Position numbers and translations under genes: made by a program. From positions 3,360,001-3,424,000 of the forward strand of contig CAWIPH010000002.1 in the NCBI GenBank assembly GCA_963837955.1: DNA of 64,000 nt, in the 5' to 3' direction. This DNA is from an uncultured Verrucomicrobiae bacterium. GTDB taxonomy: Bacteria > Verrucomicrobiota > Verrucomicrobiia > Chthoniobacterales > JAFAMB01. Under the pieces are notes generated by a model, which saw only the letters and a list, made by a program, of their open reading frames with translations, searched no databases and was not told the origin of the DNA. This document shows positions 21,991 through 32,059 of this stretch, piece after piece. Position 1 is the stretch's first letter, and the number at the start of each line of letters is the position of its first letter.

Positions 21991-24033
21991 TTGGGGGCTT
22001 TTTGCGTTGCCTCACTCGCTCTGGGGCTTTGTGTCATCCAAGGGACGGTCGGATATCCTGTTCGCAAGGTGATTGCCCTTGATCCGGGTAAATTCCGCCC
22101 GGCTGGGGATTTTGGCTATTCGGCCCCTTTGCCCGCTGGGTACTCGCCCAAAGGTCCCCAAGCCGCGTCTGTTAGGCTACGAGAAGATGGTAAACTTTTT
22201 TCCCACTATTCATCAAAGGACACGGACGCCACCGGTATTGGGCAAGGAATCCTTTCGATTCCGGCCAAGGGACGATTAACGTTTTCGACTTCTGATAACT
22301 CGGATCCGCGCACAAATCGAAGAAGCTATAGCGCCGATTTGCCACTGCATATCCCGAAAGCGGTTCTCTTCGGCTGCTTCGCGTTTTGGGTAACCGCGGC
22401 AATCTGCGTTTCCGTTGGATTAAGTGAGCGAAAGGAAGTCGCATCGGTCTGGATTCGGCGGCTTAGCGCTACCGGCGGATCGATCCTGGCGGTAGCGGGA
22501 AAATGGCCTCCCCTGGTCCTTTCTCTTCCGTCGATTTATTTCCTCAGTTCTTATCCGCCGCTCTGGAAGGGCATCGACGCTACTTGTCAACTCACATCCC
22601 GGGCGGAAGCCATAAACATTCTGGGCTGGCCGCCAATTTATTGTTTTCTTGGTCGCATCCCTTTTGCAGTGGTCACCTGGATTGCTGGCGGGTCTCCAGT
22701 GTCTTTATACCAGGAGCAAGAGCCATCACTGGCGGGCGTTTATCTTCTAATCGTTTTTCAGCATATCATCTTAATCGCTTCACTTACCTACACGGTCATC
22801 TCTCTTACTCAAAACCGCCTATTGCGCGGCCTTCTTGCATTGTCCTTAGCATCAATGAGCGGTGTCTTCGCTTACGCGCAGTCTTGCGGATCAGAGGCAT
22901 TGAGTGCACCCGCGATGTTTGTGGTACTAGCGGCCGGCCTAAGTATCATGCGCGGTTCGAAGCCGACCGCTTGGATCGCGTACGGCATCGCGCTCTTTTT
23001 CGCGATCGGGATCCGGCACATCAACGTTGTTTTCGTTATCTGGCTGCCCATGACGCTGGGTTTTCTTGGCTTTGCCGCAAGAATCGGATGGCTTTCGCCA
23101 CAAGCTAAAGCGTTTCCCTGGCAAGCTTTGGTCGCTGCAGCATCGATCGGTATCGCGGCGATGAGTGTGAACGTTTTGCTTGCTCGAGCGATGATAGTAT
23201 CAGTCCATGACGAGTATCGTTCCGCTATTGGACGTACCATCAGGTTTCGCCTTGAACCTTTCTTCGCTAAAATGCCAGTAACCGCGCGGCTCCAGCTGGC
23301 TCATGATCTCCAGACCAACGCCTCGAATTCAGCGGTCGCAGTCGCAATCGAGTCACTAGCAACGGCGGGATCTAATTATGGTGCCGTCGATCGCGCGATT
23401 TTCGATGAATTAGGTCGCTTGCAGGTGCCGGCGGCTAAAGTCCAAGCCGAATATGACCGAGTTCTCGAGGCTGGGACCATGCGCTACCTTATGACATTCC
23501 ATCCGGTTCTGATCGGCGTAATCTGGACGGATTTTGCCAAGGGTTTAAACTCGGGCAACGCTAAAATTGCGGACACCCCTTTCTACCAGAACTTGTGGGG
23601 CGCGCAGAATGAAGGCGAACGCCGTTACGCTGAGACCAGGCTGAGAAACTTGCCATTTGTGGAGCTGCCGGAGGCAACTGTGATCCTGGATGCTGCTAGA
23701 CGTGATCCGTATGTTAATCTTTGGCACGGCTTGCCGCTCGGACTGTTGGTCGTAATAGCCGTTTTTCTCTCTGGCCTAGGTTGGGTAGCTGACCGAAAAA
23801 TCTCTGGCACAGCTCTTATGAGCTGGTCGGCGCTCGCGACAGGCATCGCACTATTTGCGGCAAACTGCGTATTGGTGCCATATGAGGAGCGCTATGCGTT
23901 ACCTTTTTTGATAACGACAGTTTTTGCGTTGCTCACCTCAGTAACTCTGTTGGCCGAGGCGGAAAAAGGTTCGATGATCTCCAAGTTGGGCATTTTCCAC
24001 GCTCGCCCGAATGAAGAGCACAGAATGCGGTAA
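21991..24033 (+). CDS. Polytopic membrane protein (possibly GT-C-like) with an N-terminal extracytoplasmic domain
   Basis: 680-aa ORF with many hydrophobic segments, FSTSDNSDPRTNRRSY motif and ERYALP near the C-terminus. Start uncertain. Confidence 0.7.
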   Translation: MGAFCVASLALGLCVIQGTVGYPVRKVIALDPGKFRPAGDFGYSAPLPAGYSPKGPQAASVRLREDGKLFSHYSSKDTDATGIGQGILSIPAKGRLTFSTSDNSDPRTNRRSYSADLPLHIPKAVLFGCFAFWVTAAICVSVGLSERKEVASVWIRRLSATGGSILAVAGKWPPLVLSLPSIYFLSSYPPLWKGIDATCQLTSRAEAINILGWPPIYCFLGRIPFAVVTWIAGGSPVSLYQEQEPSLAGVYLLIVFQHIILIASLTYTVISLTQNRLLRGLLALSLASMSGVFAYAQSCGSEALSAPAMFVVLAAGLSIMRGSKPTAWIAYGIALFFAIGIRHINVVFVIWLPMTLGFLGFAARIGWLSPQAKAFPWQALVAAASIGIAAMSVNVLLARAMIVSVHDEYRSAIGRTIRFRLEPFFAKMPVTARLQLAHDLQTNASNSAVAVAIESLATAGSNYGAVDRAIFDELGRLQVPAAKVQAEYDRVLEAGTMRYLMTFHPVLIGVIWTDFAKGLNSGNAKIADTPFYQNLWGAQNEGERRYAETRLRNLPFVELPEATVILDAARRDPYVNLWHGLPLGLLVVIAVFLSGLGWVADRKISGTALMSWSALATGIALFAANCVLVPYEERYALPFLITTVFALLTSVTLLAEAEKGSMISKLGIFHARPNEEHRMR

Positions 24034-24047
24034 CGATGGAGAAACTG

Positions 24048-24539
24048 TCAATCCAGCGGCTGGCCTTGCCGGATAGTTGAATCGCTCGGACGCATGCGGG
24101 CGCGGGGCTTGCGGTGCATCAGGGTTTCGAGAACCTGATCGACCATTCCAATATGATCATGATCCTCGTACTGGCGTTTGATGTCGCGGAGGTATTCCAG
24201 CATCGCGTTAAGCCGGGTCGCCAGCGTCTCGCATACACAAAAACATAACGCAGGCGACGATGCGAGAAACGCACGAGGATTTGCCACGATATAAAAAGCG
24301 CACGGCTTTACCGCACTAACAGTGGCGAGGTGGTTGCCGCCGAGGAGCGTGGAAAGTTCACCGAATACTGTTCCCGGCTCTGAAGTGGCGAATAGGAGCA
24401 CGTCTTCCTTGCGGACTTCGACTGCGCCTTCAATCAGAAAATACAAGAGACCGGTACGTTCCCCTTCCTTGATGACAGTCTGACCGGTGTTAAACCGACG
24501 CACTTCAAAGTCAGTGAGCAGCTCGAGTATCGACGACAT
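24048..24539 (-). CDS. Stand-alone cyclic-nucleotide-binding domain protein
   Basis: VIKEGERTGLLYFLIEGAVEV...GTVFGELSTLL...ATVSA. No HTH evident. Confidence 0.88.
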   Translation of the reverse strand: MSSILELLTDFEVRRFNTGQTVIKEGERTGLLYFLIEGAVEVRKEDVLLFATSEPGTVFGELSTLLGGNHLATVSAVKPCAFYIVANPRAFLASSPALCFCVCETLATRLNAMLEYLRDIKRQYEDHDHIGMVDQVLETLMHRKPRARMRPSDSTIRQGQPLD

Positions 24540-24633
24540 TCGAGTGGACTATATCGGCTATCATAACGGGCGTAAACACAGGTTAAGTTGATAAGCCGGA
24601 TATTTACTTTCTCAGCCAGGATCCCTCTCACGT

Positions 24634-26058
24634 TTAAAAGAGGAAAGTAAACCGAAAGGTTAGCGCCCAGGCGCTGCCCAACTTGGAACTTGCTCCCGGC
24701 GTGGGAATATAGCTGACGGCGGGTTGAAAGAAGGTGCCGGCGACCAAGCGGGCCTGGTAGTAACCCTGGAACATGAGTTCACTGGAGCGGTCGAACAGGT
24801 CCGGGTTTAGCCATGACCAAGCCATGCCGACGCCGACGGAATCGCCAGGCCGATGCGGCACAAGGCCGAAGCCAGTAAAGCCCAGGCCGAGGTATTCCTT
24901 CACGGGCAGTGTTTCAGAATTGTTGACGCCGAATTGCACGAAGGTCGAAATAGAGGCTTTCCGCTCCCGTTCGCTCGCTGGAATGACGATCTCGTCCTTG
25001 CCATCCGATGCAGTGTTCTCTGACGAGCGACCCCAGATGCGTTGGCCGCCGAACAGGTAGAATCCGCCAGTGCCATTTTCGGAGATGCCTGGCGGTCCGC
25101 GCAGATGGCCGGTCTGATACCATAAACCCGCACCCAATTGCCCTGGGTATTTTCCCGCAGCCACCCAGTCGACCCCAGCTTCCAAGATATTGAAATAATA
25201 GCCATTGAAGTGCGGACCAGTCAGGCCCGTCTGCACTCCACGAGCGACATTCCCATCGTAGAATCCATAGTTAAGGTAGCTGTTTTTCGTTGGTGCTAAC
25301 GTCACGGTGACACCGTAGACGGAGTTATAATAGCCGCCGATAGCTCCGAGCAGCGTCGGATTGACGAAAACGGGCGTATAAAGCAGACCGGTCACAGCAG
25401 GAATGCTCAAAGCCTCATCCTGGGTAGGAACGGGACGCGCCACGTTGTTGAAATCGTACGTGGGAACGATTTTCCCGATCCGGAAGACGATCTTATCGTC
25501 GAAGAGAGTCCGGCGGTACCAAAGCTGGTAAAGCTCTGAGCGATCCAGCGGCTTGGCACCCGGCAGGCTGTTATAGCCTTGCACGCTGCCAGCCTGGACG
25601 TTGGTATTCTGCCCGTTGAACTGAAGAAACTGAATGGCGAAGGATGCGCCTTGCCAGTTCAGGAGCTTTTCGGCGTCGAAATTCGCACCAATGATCAGTG
25701 CACTATTCCAGCTCCATTTACCGGGTTGGGCGCCGCCAGAAATAAGTCCGTTCGTATCCACCAACCAGAGACCGCCGAGCCGCAGTCCGGACTCAGACGG
25801 CAATTGCAGCAAGCGCCCTGCGAGACCGGTGCCGGGAAGTTCGTTCTCAGCGGCCGGGTTACCGGTGATTGAATCGGGAACTTTTACGGCCAGTTGGTCT
25901 GAAACCGAGGCCGCCGGTTCCGCCGGCGGCTCAGCGCAGCGAGCAGATGGCAGAAGGGAGGCGAAGCATAGGAGCACGGCGGCAAAGCACCGAACAAAGC
26001 CAACGTGAAAACAATCATCGAGAGATCGCAAGGGCTGCGCTGCAAGGCCAACCGTCAT
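24634..26058 (-). CDS. OprB-family carbohydrate-selective porin
   Basis: Signal peptide, DAEKLLNWQGA, ELYQLWY, RIGKI, FQPAVSYI, terminal Phe. Confidence 0.85.
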   Translation of the reverse strand: MTVGLAAQPLRSLDDCFHVGFVRCFAAVLLCFASLLPSARCAEPPAEPAASVSDQLAVKVPDSITGNPAAENELPGTGLAGRLLQLPSESGLRLGGLWLVDTNGLISGGAQPGKWSWNSALIIGANFDAEKLLNWQGASFAIQFLQFNGQNTNVQAGSVQGYNSLPGAKPLDRSELYQLWYRRTLFDDKIVFRIGKIVPTYDFNNVARPVPTQDEALSIPAVTGLLYTPVFVNPTLLGAIGGYYNSVYGVTVTLAPTKNSYLNYGFYDGNVARGVQTGLTGPHFNGYYFNILEAGVDWVAAGKYPGQLGAGLWYQTGHLRGPPGISENGTGGFYLFGGQRIWGRSSENTASDGKDEIVIPASERERKASISTFVQFGVNNSETLPVKEYLGLGFTGFGLVPHRPGDSVGVGMAWSWLNPDLFDRSSELMFQGYYQARLVAGTFFQPAVSYIPTPGASSKLGSAWALTFRFTFLF

Positions 26059-26064
26059 TGACTC

Positions 26065-27012
26065 TCACCAGGGCAACAGATACCAGAGCGCGCCAACCTC
26101 GACAGCAAAGAGGCCTGCCATGAATCCGAGCCCGACAGGGGTGATCCAGGCCGGTGTCTTTTTTTCCGTGAAAAGCCACCAGTCAAACCAACGGATGAAA
26201 AGCGGCATCGTGATAAAAGTTGTTCCGAACACGCTAATGGTGTTGCCGACAAAGGTGGCTAGCGACGCGTGCAGACCCAACGAAGTAAGGATCGGGCTGA
26301 GGAAACGCATCTCCAGCATCACGATCGGAAACAGTCCCAGAATAACGAGAAGAGCGGTCTTCCAGTTTGGCGGACCTTTGCCGGTCATCGGATTGATCGG
26401 CACCCAGCCGGGGAAGGACGTCGCCAGGCGCATCAACTGCTCGTGGTCGATGAAGGCCTTGGATTCCGCGAGCAGTTCCGCCCGCTCCGGGGCCTCCATC
26501 CAGGCTTCGAGGTGCTCGGCGGTGTCGAAGCGCATGATGGTCGTCCAAAGGCCGTCCTTTTCGGTCGGCGGCTGGAGATACATCCCGCGGTAGCCCGCGT
26601 ATTTCGCCTGAGCAGCCTGAATTCTTACCGCCCATTCGCGATACGTGTCGTCCATCCCGGGCTTGATCTTCGAGATGATCACTTCGGTGACGTTCGTGCC
26701 CGGCGGCTCACCGGGCCGGTCTGGTTGGGCGACCTCGCCGAGGCTGCCGCCTTCGAACAACGGGACGGCCTCGCCAACAATTTTGGCTCGTTCGCTGGAC
26801 CGCTGCCAAGCGGTGAGTTCGTCCTGCGAACGGAAATTCAGGACGATCGTCCATTCATTGCTTTCCGGCTGCGAGGGCGGGATGACGTCGCTGCTGATGA
26901 AACCGGGAAATTTGCCGATGACGATGTTGTGGCGCGCTTGCCAGGCGGCGAAGGCCTGGTCTTCGCCGGGGCGAAGTTTGGCGCTGGCAATTAGAACGGC
27001 AGGCGCGCTCAT
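26065..27012 (-). CDS. Double ABM (antibiotic biosynthesis monooxygenase-fold) protein with C-terminal TM helices
   Basis: Two ABM repeats (FPGF...FRSQDELTAWQRS; YAGY...FDTAEHLEAWMEAPER), then PPNWK and TM helices. The ATG overlaps the upstream stop. Confidence 0.85.
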   Translation of the reverse strand: MSAPAVLIASAKLRPGEDQAFAAWQARHNIVIGKFPGFISSDVIPPSQPESNEWTIVLNFRSQDELTAWQRSSERAKIVGEAVPLFEGGSLGEVAQPDRPGEPPGTNVTEVIISKIKPGMDDTYREWAVRIQAAQAKYAGYRGMYLQPPTEKDGLWTTIMRFDTAEHLEAWMEAPERAELLAESKAFIDHEQLMRLATSFPGWVPINPMTGKGPPNWKTALLVILGLFPIVMLEMRFLSPILTSLGLHASLATFVGNTISVFGTTFITMPLFIRWFDWWLFTEKKTPAWITPVGLGFMAGLFAVEVGALWYLLPW

Positions 27013-29762
27013 TTGGACCCTACGAGCACAGGTTCCTCGGCTACCTGCGCTCCTTTGACCGGCGGCGCCCCGTTGGCCAGCTGTGAAAAGATACGGGCCG
27101 CAGTGAAAGGCAGGCTGGTGAAGCGCACGCCGGTCGCGTTCTTGATCGCGTTCGCTATGGCTGGGGCCACGGCATTGATCGCACACTCGCCCTGCGATTT
27201 CGCCCCAAGTGGTCCGATCTTGTCGTAGGTATCGGCAAAAAACAACTCGCTACGCGGGAGATCGGCGAAGGCCGGAATGCGATAATTGCGCAGAGCCGGG
27301 TTCACGATCCGGCCTTCTGCGTTGTGAACCATGTTTTCCGTTAGTGCCCAGCCGATCCCCATGGCGATCGCGCCGTCCAGCTGGCCGCGGCACTGCACGG
27401 GGTTGATCAGGTTACCGATATCAGCGGCGTGGACGCTTTGGAGTATACGGGTTTCGCCCGTAACCAGGTGGACGGCCAGTCGAAACCCTTGAACGTTGAA
27501 TGCGGTGGTCCGCGGCGACAGGTACGCCTTTCGCTTCGCTTCGAAGCGATGGCCGTCCCGGATACCAGCGGCATGGAGATCAACCAGGGAAACCCGATTG
27601 CCGCCAGAGACGACGAAGCCATCCTCGATCCGCCAGGTCGAAGGGTCGGTCCCGGTATGCTGCCCGGCATATTCGAGAATATTGTCCCTGAGCGCGGCGG
27701 CTGTCAGCGCCACCGCCTTGCCCGCGACCACAGTTCCGGTACTGGCGAAAGTCCCAGTGTCATACGGCGTTAGATCGGTATCCGCATTGATGATGTCGAT
27801 GCTATCGGCGCGCGAGGCCAGCACGGAGGCGGCCATCTGACGGTGAGAGGTCACCGATCCATTGCCCATTTCGGTCGAGCCCACCGCAAGGTGATAACGC
27901 CCATCGGGTAGAAGGATCATGACGGCGCCGGAACGATGCTCCGTCGGCGGGCCGCAATCGAGCATGGCGAGCGCGACGCCCGTGCCCTCGGCCCACTCGT
28001 CTCCCTCGGGCTTGGAAGCCCCACGACCTGAGGCTAAGGCCGTTTCGACCAAGTCGAGACATTGATCGAGGCCGTAGCTGCCGAAACCGACGTCACTCGG
28101 ATCCTTCCACACCGACTCGATCCAATCGTCGGGGCGGACCATGTTCTGACGACGAATCGCAAACGGGTCCATCCCGAGCAGCTCGCCCAGTTCGTCGATC
28201 GCGCATTCGATCGCGAAAGTCGATTGCGAGGCGCCATAGCCGCGAAAGCCACCCCCGGGAACAACGTTGGTGTACACAGCGAAGCCGTCCGCCTTTTTGT
28301 TCGTGCAGCGATATGCTGAGAGAGGGCTCCCGAGAGCCGCCGCGAGCGTCTCGCTTCCATGGCCGCCGTAGCCGCCGGTATTCGAGACGACTTTTACCTG
28401 AATCGCTGTGAGCGTCCCGTCGGTTTTTGCCCCCAGCTTCACATGAGTCGTCATCTGATGACGCGTAGTTGCGGCGATGAACTCTTCCTCGCGCGTGAAC
28501 TCCCATTTGACCGGCCGGCCAATCCTAAGGACCGCCAGGACGCAGAGATCCTCGGATACCATCTCCTGCTTGCCGCCGAAACCGCCGCCCACCCGCTCGG
28601 TGAAAACGTGGAGCTTGCCCGGGTTGAGTCCAAAGATATGGCAGAGCTTCTGGTGCACGATGAACGGCCCCTGCGAGCTGGTGCGGACATGAATCCGGCC
28701 GTCGTCCCCCTTCCATGCGATCGAACCGTGCGTTTCCAGATGGACATGCTGGACCCGCGAAGTTGAGTAGGTCATCTCGTGAACGGCGTCGGCTGCCGCG
28801 AACCCATCCTTGACGGAGCCGACCTCGCCATGGATTTCGGCATAGATATTACCCTTCGCCTCGCCCCCTTTATGGTGGAGGATCGGGGCATTCGGCTCCA
28901 TCGCGACCACCGGGTCGAAAACCGCGGGCAGAACTTCGTAATCCACCCGGACCTCGCGACAGGCGGCTTCTGCAGCCGCTTCGCTCTCGGCGACGACCGC
29001 AACCACCCGCTGGCCCACGAAGCGAACGACGTTGTCGAGAACATAGGTGTCGTCGGGGTCGACCAGGTGATCCTCATGTATGGCAGTGCTGAAAAGGCGA
29101 CGGGGAACATCCTCCCAAGTAAAAATCTGGACAACGCCCGGGATCGCCTGCGCCGTCTTGGTATCGATGCTTCGGACGCGCGCGTGGGCATGTGGCGAGC
29201 GTAGCACCTTGAGGTGCAGCAGGTTGTCCACCGCCACGTCCATCGTGTAACGGGCCTTTCCCGTGACGATCGCAGGGCCGAACGGATTTCCAAGGCCCGC
29301 TCCGCAGGCCTTGCCGGCGATGTCCTCTTCTGTGGACTTTCTTCCATGAAGAGCATCGTCGATGCTGCGGTAACCGGTGCAGCGGCAAAGGTTGCCCTTC
29401 AGGCGAAAAGGAAGGTCTTGCTTCTCCTCCTCGGAGAGGCTGGCGGACGTCATGATCATGCCCGCACTGCAAAAGCCGCACTGGAACGCCTGCGCATCGA
29501 GAAACGCCAGCTGCATGGGATGCAAATCGCCGTTGCTGGAGAGGCCCTCGATGGTCGTTACCTCGCGGTTCGCCGCGCGAAAAGCCGGAACCAGACAGCT
29601 ATGCACGGGTTTCCCGTCGAGCCAGACAGTGCAGGCGCCGCAATCACCGGCATCGCAGCCTTTCTTGACTCCGAACCAGCCGAGGCCGCGGACAAAAGTT
29701 CTCAAACACTGGCCAGGCCGAGGTTCGGCGTCGAAGAGTTTCCCGTTGATCTTGTATCTCAT
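27009..29762 (-). CDS. Xanthine dehydrogenase family: fused [2Fe-2S] and molybdopterin-binding subunit
   Basis: GCDAGDCGAC, QCGFC, NLCRCTGY; RVGGGFGGK, FRGYG, GAKSQGE. Confidence 0.93.
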   Translation of the reverse strand: MRYKINGKLFDAEPRPGQCLRTFVRGLGWFGVKKGCDAGDCGACTVWLDGKPVHSCLVPAFRAANREVTTIEGLSSNGDLHPMQLAFLDAQAFQCGFCSAGMIMTSASLSEEEKQDLPFRLKGNLCRCTGYRSIDDALHGRKSTEEDIAGKACGAGLGNPFGPAIVTGKARYTMDVAVDNLLHLKVLRSPHAHARVRSIDTKTAQAIPGVVQIFTWEDVPRRLFSTAIHEDHLVDPDDTYVLDNVVRFVGQRVVAVVAESEAAAEAACREVRVDYEVLPAVFDPVVAMEPNAPILHHKGGEAKGNIYAEIHGEVGSVKDGFAAADAVHEMTYSTSRVQHVHLETHGSIAWKGDDGRIHVRTSSQGPFIVHQKLCHIFGLNPGKLHVFTERVGGGFGGKQEMVSEDLCVLAVLRIGRPVKWEFTREEEFIAATTRHQMTTHVKLGAKTDGTLTAIQVKVVSNTGGYGGHGSETLAAALGSPLSAYRCTNKKADGFAVYTNVVPGGGFRGYGASQSTFAIECAIDELGELLGMDPFAIRRQNMVRPDDWIESVWKDPSDVGFGSYGLDQCLDLVETALASGRGASKPEGDEWAEGTGVALAMLDCGPPTEHRSGAVMILLPDGRYHLAVGSTEMGNGSVTSHRQMAASVLASRADSIDIINADTDLTPYDTGTFASTGTVVAGKAVALTAAALRDNILEYAGQHTGTDPSTWRIEDGFVVSGGNRVSLVDLHAAGIRDGHRFEAKRKAYLSPRTTAFNVQGFRLAVHLVTGETRILQSVHAADIGNLINPVQCRGQLDGAIAMGIGWALTENMVHNAEGRIVNPALRNYRIPAFADLPRSELFFADTYDKIGPLGAKSQGECAINAVAPAIANAIKNATGVRFTSLPFTAARIFSQLANGAPPVKGAQVAEEPVLVGSK

Positions 29763-29771
29763 AAAAATGCT

Positions 29772-30590
29772 TCAGTTAGAAAGTTGCTGGCGAATTTGCT
29801 CGGCGAAGTAATAGGTCAGATGCTGGCGATGACGGGGCGAGCCATGGACGTCGTCGAGGTAGAGGTTAAAAGGCGCGGCGTCGTCCAAGGCGCTCTCCAG
29901 CGTTTCCGCGGAGGGCAGGCTCTTGAAGCGCAGCTGTATCGGTCGCAACGTGGAGGCGGTGACCGTCAGGAGAAATTCCACGCGTTCCGGGCAGAGGGTG
30001 CCGATCAGCAAAACCTCCGAGCGTCCCAAATGGGTAAGAGTGAAGCGGCGGAATGCATAGCTTTTCTTCAGCGCCGACGCGGGCAAAAAGATCGAACGCA
30101 ATAATTCGCCGGGAGCGAGGACGTTTGCGTTATTTCCGGTCACAAAGTCGACCACCGGCACTTTCCGAGGCGCCCCGTTCCGCGGCCAGAGCGTGCAGAT
30201 GCCCTCCAGCGCCGCGGTAAGGGAAATCATCGGTCCGGCCGGCAGCGACATGACGATGTTTCCGCCAACGGTCGCTTCGTTCCAGATCTTGAAAGAAGCA
30301 AGAAACGCCCGGCAGCATTCCGGGAAAAGCAGCGCTGCTTTCCATTCGGGCGGCGCCTTGAAGCGATCGAGTTCTATAATCCGGCAGGTCGCGGCGATCT
30401 CCAGTCCCTCGGGCGAGGTGGACAGCGAGGGCCATTTGAATGATTCCAGGTCGATAAGCGTGTGCGTCGCAACTTGCGGCTCCGAGAATAACCAGGTCCC
30501 GCCCGCCAGCCAGGCGTACCCGCTTTCCCATTTTTTTACGGCGTCCGCCTCGGCCGGCCGCAGTACTTCTGTGATGGTGTTTAGGTCCAT
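29772..30590 (-). CDS. Xanthine dehydrogenase family FAD-binding subunit
   Basis: WLAGGTWL, IWNEATVGGN, GELLRSI. Confidence 0.9.
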   Translation of the reverse strand: MDLNTITEVLRPAEADAVKKWESGYAWLAGGTWLFSEPQVATHTLIDLESFKWPSLSTSPEGLEIAATCRIIELDRFKAPPEWKAALLFPECCRAFLASFKIWNEATVGGNIVMSLPAGPMISLTAALEGICTLWPRNGAPRKVPVVDFVTGNNANVLAPGELLRSIFLPASALKKSYAFRRFTLTHLGRSEVLLIGTLCPERVEFLLTVTASTLRPIQLRFKSLPSAETLESALDDAAPFNLYLDDVHGSPRHRQHLTYYFAEQIRQQLSN

Positions 30591-30611
30591 AAATAGAGGC
30601 GTCTAGATCTC

Positions 30612-32027
30612 TTAGGCATTGGCCATTTCGGAGGCGCAGCGGTTGTGGGTTTCGATAACTGGTTTCATTTCCATCGTGACGACTTCGCCGTCCCGCACGA
30701 TGACCTTGCCGTTGATGATGGTGAACTTCGCGCTTTGCGGAGCGCAGAACAGCGTTGCAGCCACCGGATCGTGCAGCGCGCCGGCGTACCCGATCGTGTG
30801 CAGGTCAAGGGAGAAAAAGTCAGCGCATTTGCCAGGCTCGAGCGAACCGATGTCGGCGCGTCCAAGCACGCGAGCGCCGCCCAGTGTGGCGATCTCCAGC
30901 ACCTCGCGCGCCGTCATCCATTCGTTGGCCCGGACCGGATGCGACTGCGAGAGCAGGAAGTATTTTCGCGGACCTTCGGGCGGGAGCAAGCCCATTTGCA
31001 GCCGGGCAAGTAACATGGCCTGGCGGGCCTCCAACAGGATGTTCGAGGCGTCGTTGCTGGCAGACCCGTCGACGCCTAGACCGACCTTCACGCCGGCTGC
31101 CAAATATTTCTTGATAGGCGCGATGCCGGAGCCAAGACGCATATTCGAGCACGGACAATGCGCCGCCCCGCAACCGGTCTGGGCGAACTTTTTGATTTCG
31201 TCGTCATCGACATGGATCGCATGCGCGAACCACACGTCGTCACCCAGCCAGCCATGTGTCTCCATCCAATCCACCGGGCGAAGCTGGTAACGCTCGAGCG
31301 TGTATCGTTCTTCGTCGCGCGTCTCGCAAAGGTGGGTATGGAGTTTGACCTTGTATTGGCGGGCGAGCGCGGCCGAGTCGCGTAGCAGCGAAACGGTGAC
31401 CGAAAACGGCGAACAGGGCGCGAGGACTATCTGCGTCATGGAACCGGGAGACGCGTCGTGATAAGCCTTAATAACACGGTCGCTGTCCTTCAAGATAAAG
31501 GCCTCGTCCTCTACACAATCGTCCGGCGGCAGCCCCCCTTGGGATTGGCCAAGGGACATCGAGCCGCGGCTGGCGTGGAAGCGCACACCAAGATCCTTTG
31601 CCGCCTGGATCTGGCAATCCACATTGTTCCCGTTTTTAAAAACATAAGTGTGGTCGAAGACCGTCGTGCAACCGGAGAGCGCTAGCTCCCCCAGCCCAAC
31701 GAGCGTGCTGGCGCGCGAGGCCTCCTCCGTCGTGCGTGCCCAGATGCGATATTGGGCCTGTAACCAGGGAAAAAGGTTGTTGTTCTGCGCAGCGACAAGA
31801 TTGCGCGTAAGGGTCTGGTTGAGGTGATGGTGGGTATTGACGAAACCTGGCAGGACGATCTGCCCGGACAGGTCGATCACGGTATCAGCCGTGAGGGGAA
31901 GTTCTTCGTTCGGGCCGACGTGTTTAATGAAACCGTCTTCGGCATAAAGCCCGGCGTTCTTCAATTCCCGGCGTTGGCTATCCATTGTGACCAGGACTTC
32001 AGCATTCTTGGCGAGGAGCGTGGACAT
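30612..32027 (-). CDS. 8-oxoguanine deaminase-like amidohydrolase
   Basis: PGFVNTHHH, LFPWL, APCSPFSV, HTHLCET, HCPCSNMRLGSG, GVDGSASND. Confidence 0.9.
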   Translation of the reverse strand: MSTLLAKNAEVLVTMDSQRRELKNAGLYAEDGFIKHVGPNEELPLTADTVIDLSGQIVLPGFVNTHHHLNQTLTRNLVAAQNNNLFPWLQAQYRIWARTTEEASRASTLVGLGELALSGCTTVFDHTYVFKNGNNVDCQIQAAKDLGVRFHASRGSMSLGQSQGGLPPDDCVEDEAFILKDSDRVIKAYHDASPGSMTQIVLAPCSPFSVTVSLLRDSAALARQYKVKLHTHLCETRDEERYTLERYQLRPVDWMETHGWLGDDVWFAHAIHVDDDEIKKFAQTGCGAAHCPCSNMRLGSGIAPIKKYLAAGVKVGLGVDGSASNDASNILLEARQAMLLARLQMGLLPPEGPRKYFLLSQSHPVRANEWMTAREVLEIATLGGARVLGRADIGSLEPGKCADFFSLDLHTIGYAGALHDPVAATLFCAPQSAKFTIINGKVIVRDGEVVTMEMKPVIETHNRCASEMANA

Positions 32028-32059
32028 ATGATATAATTCTGCCCTCTGGTGATCCGCTT

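Noticed and set aside
26120..31685. Many long plus-strand ORFs opposite the purine operon (e.g. 29214-30104, 26269-26994, 30619-31290)
   Set aside because: Antisense shadows of GC-rich genes, with no motifs.
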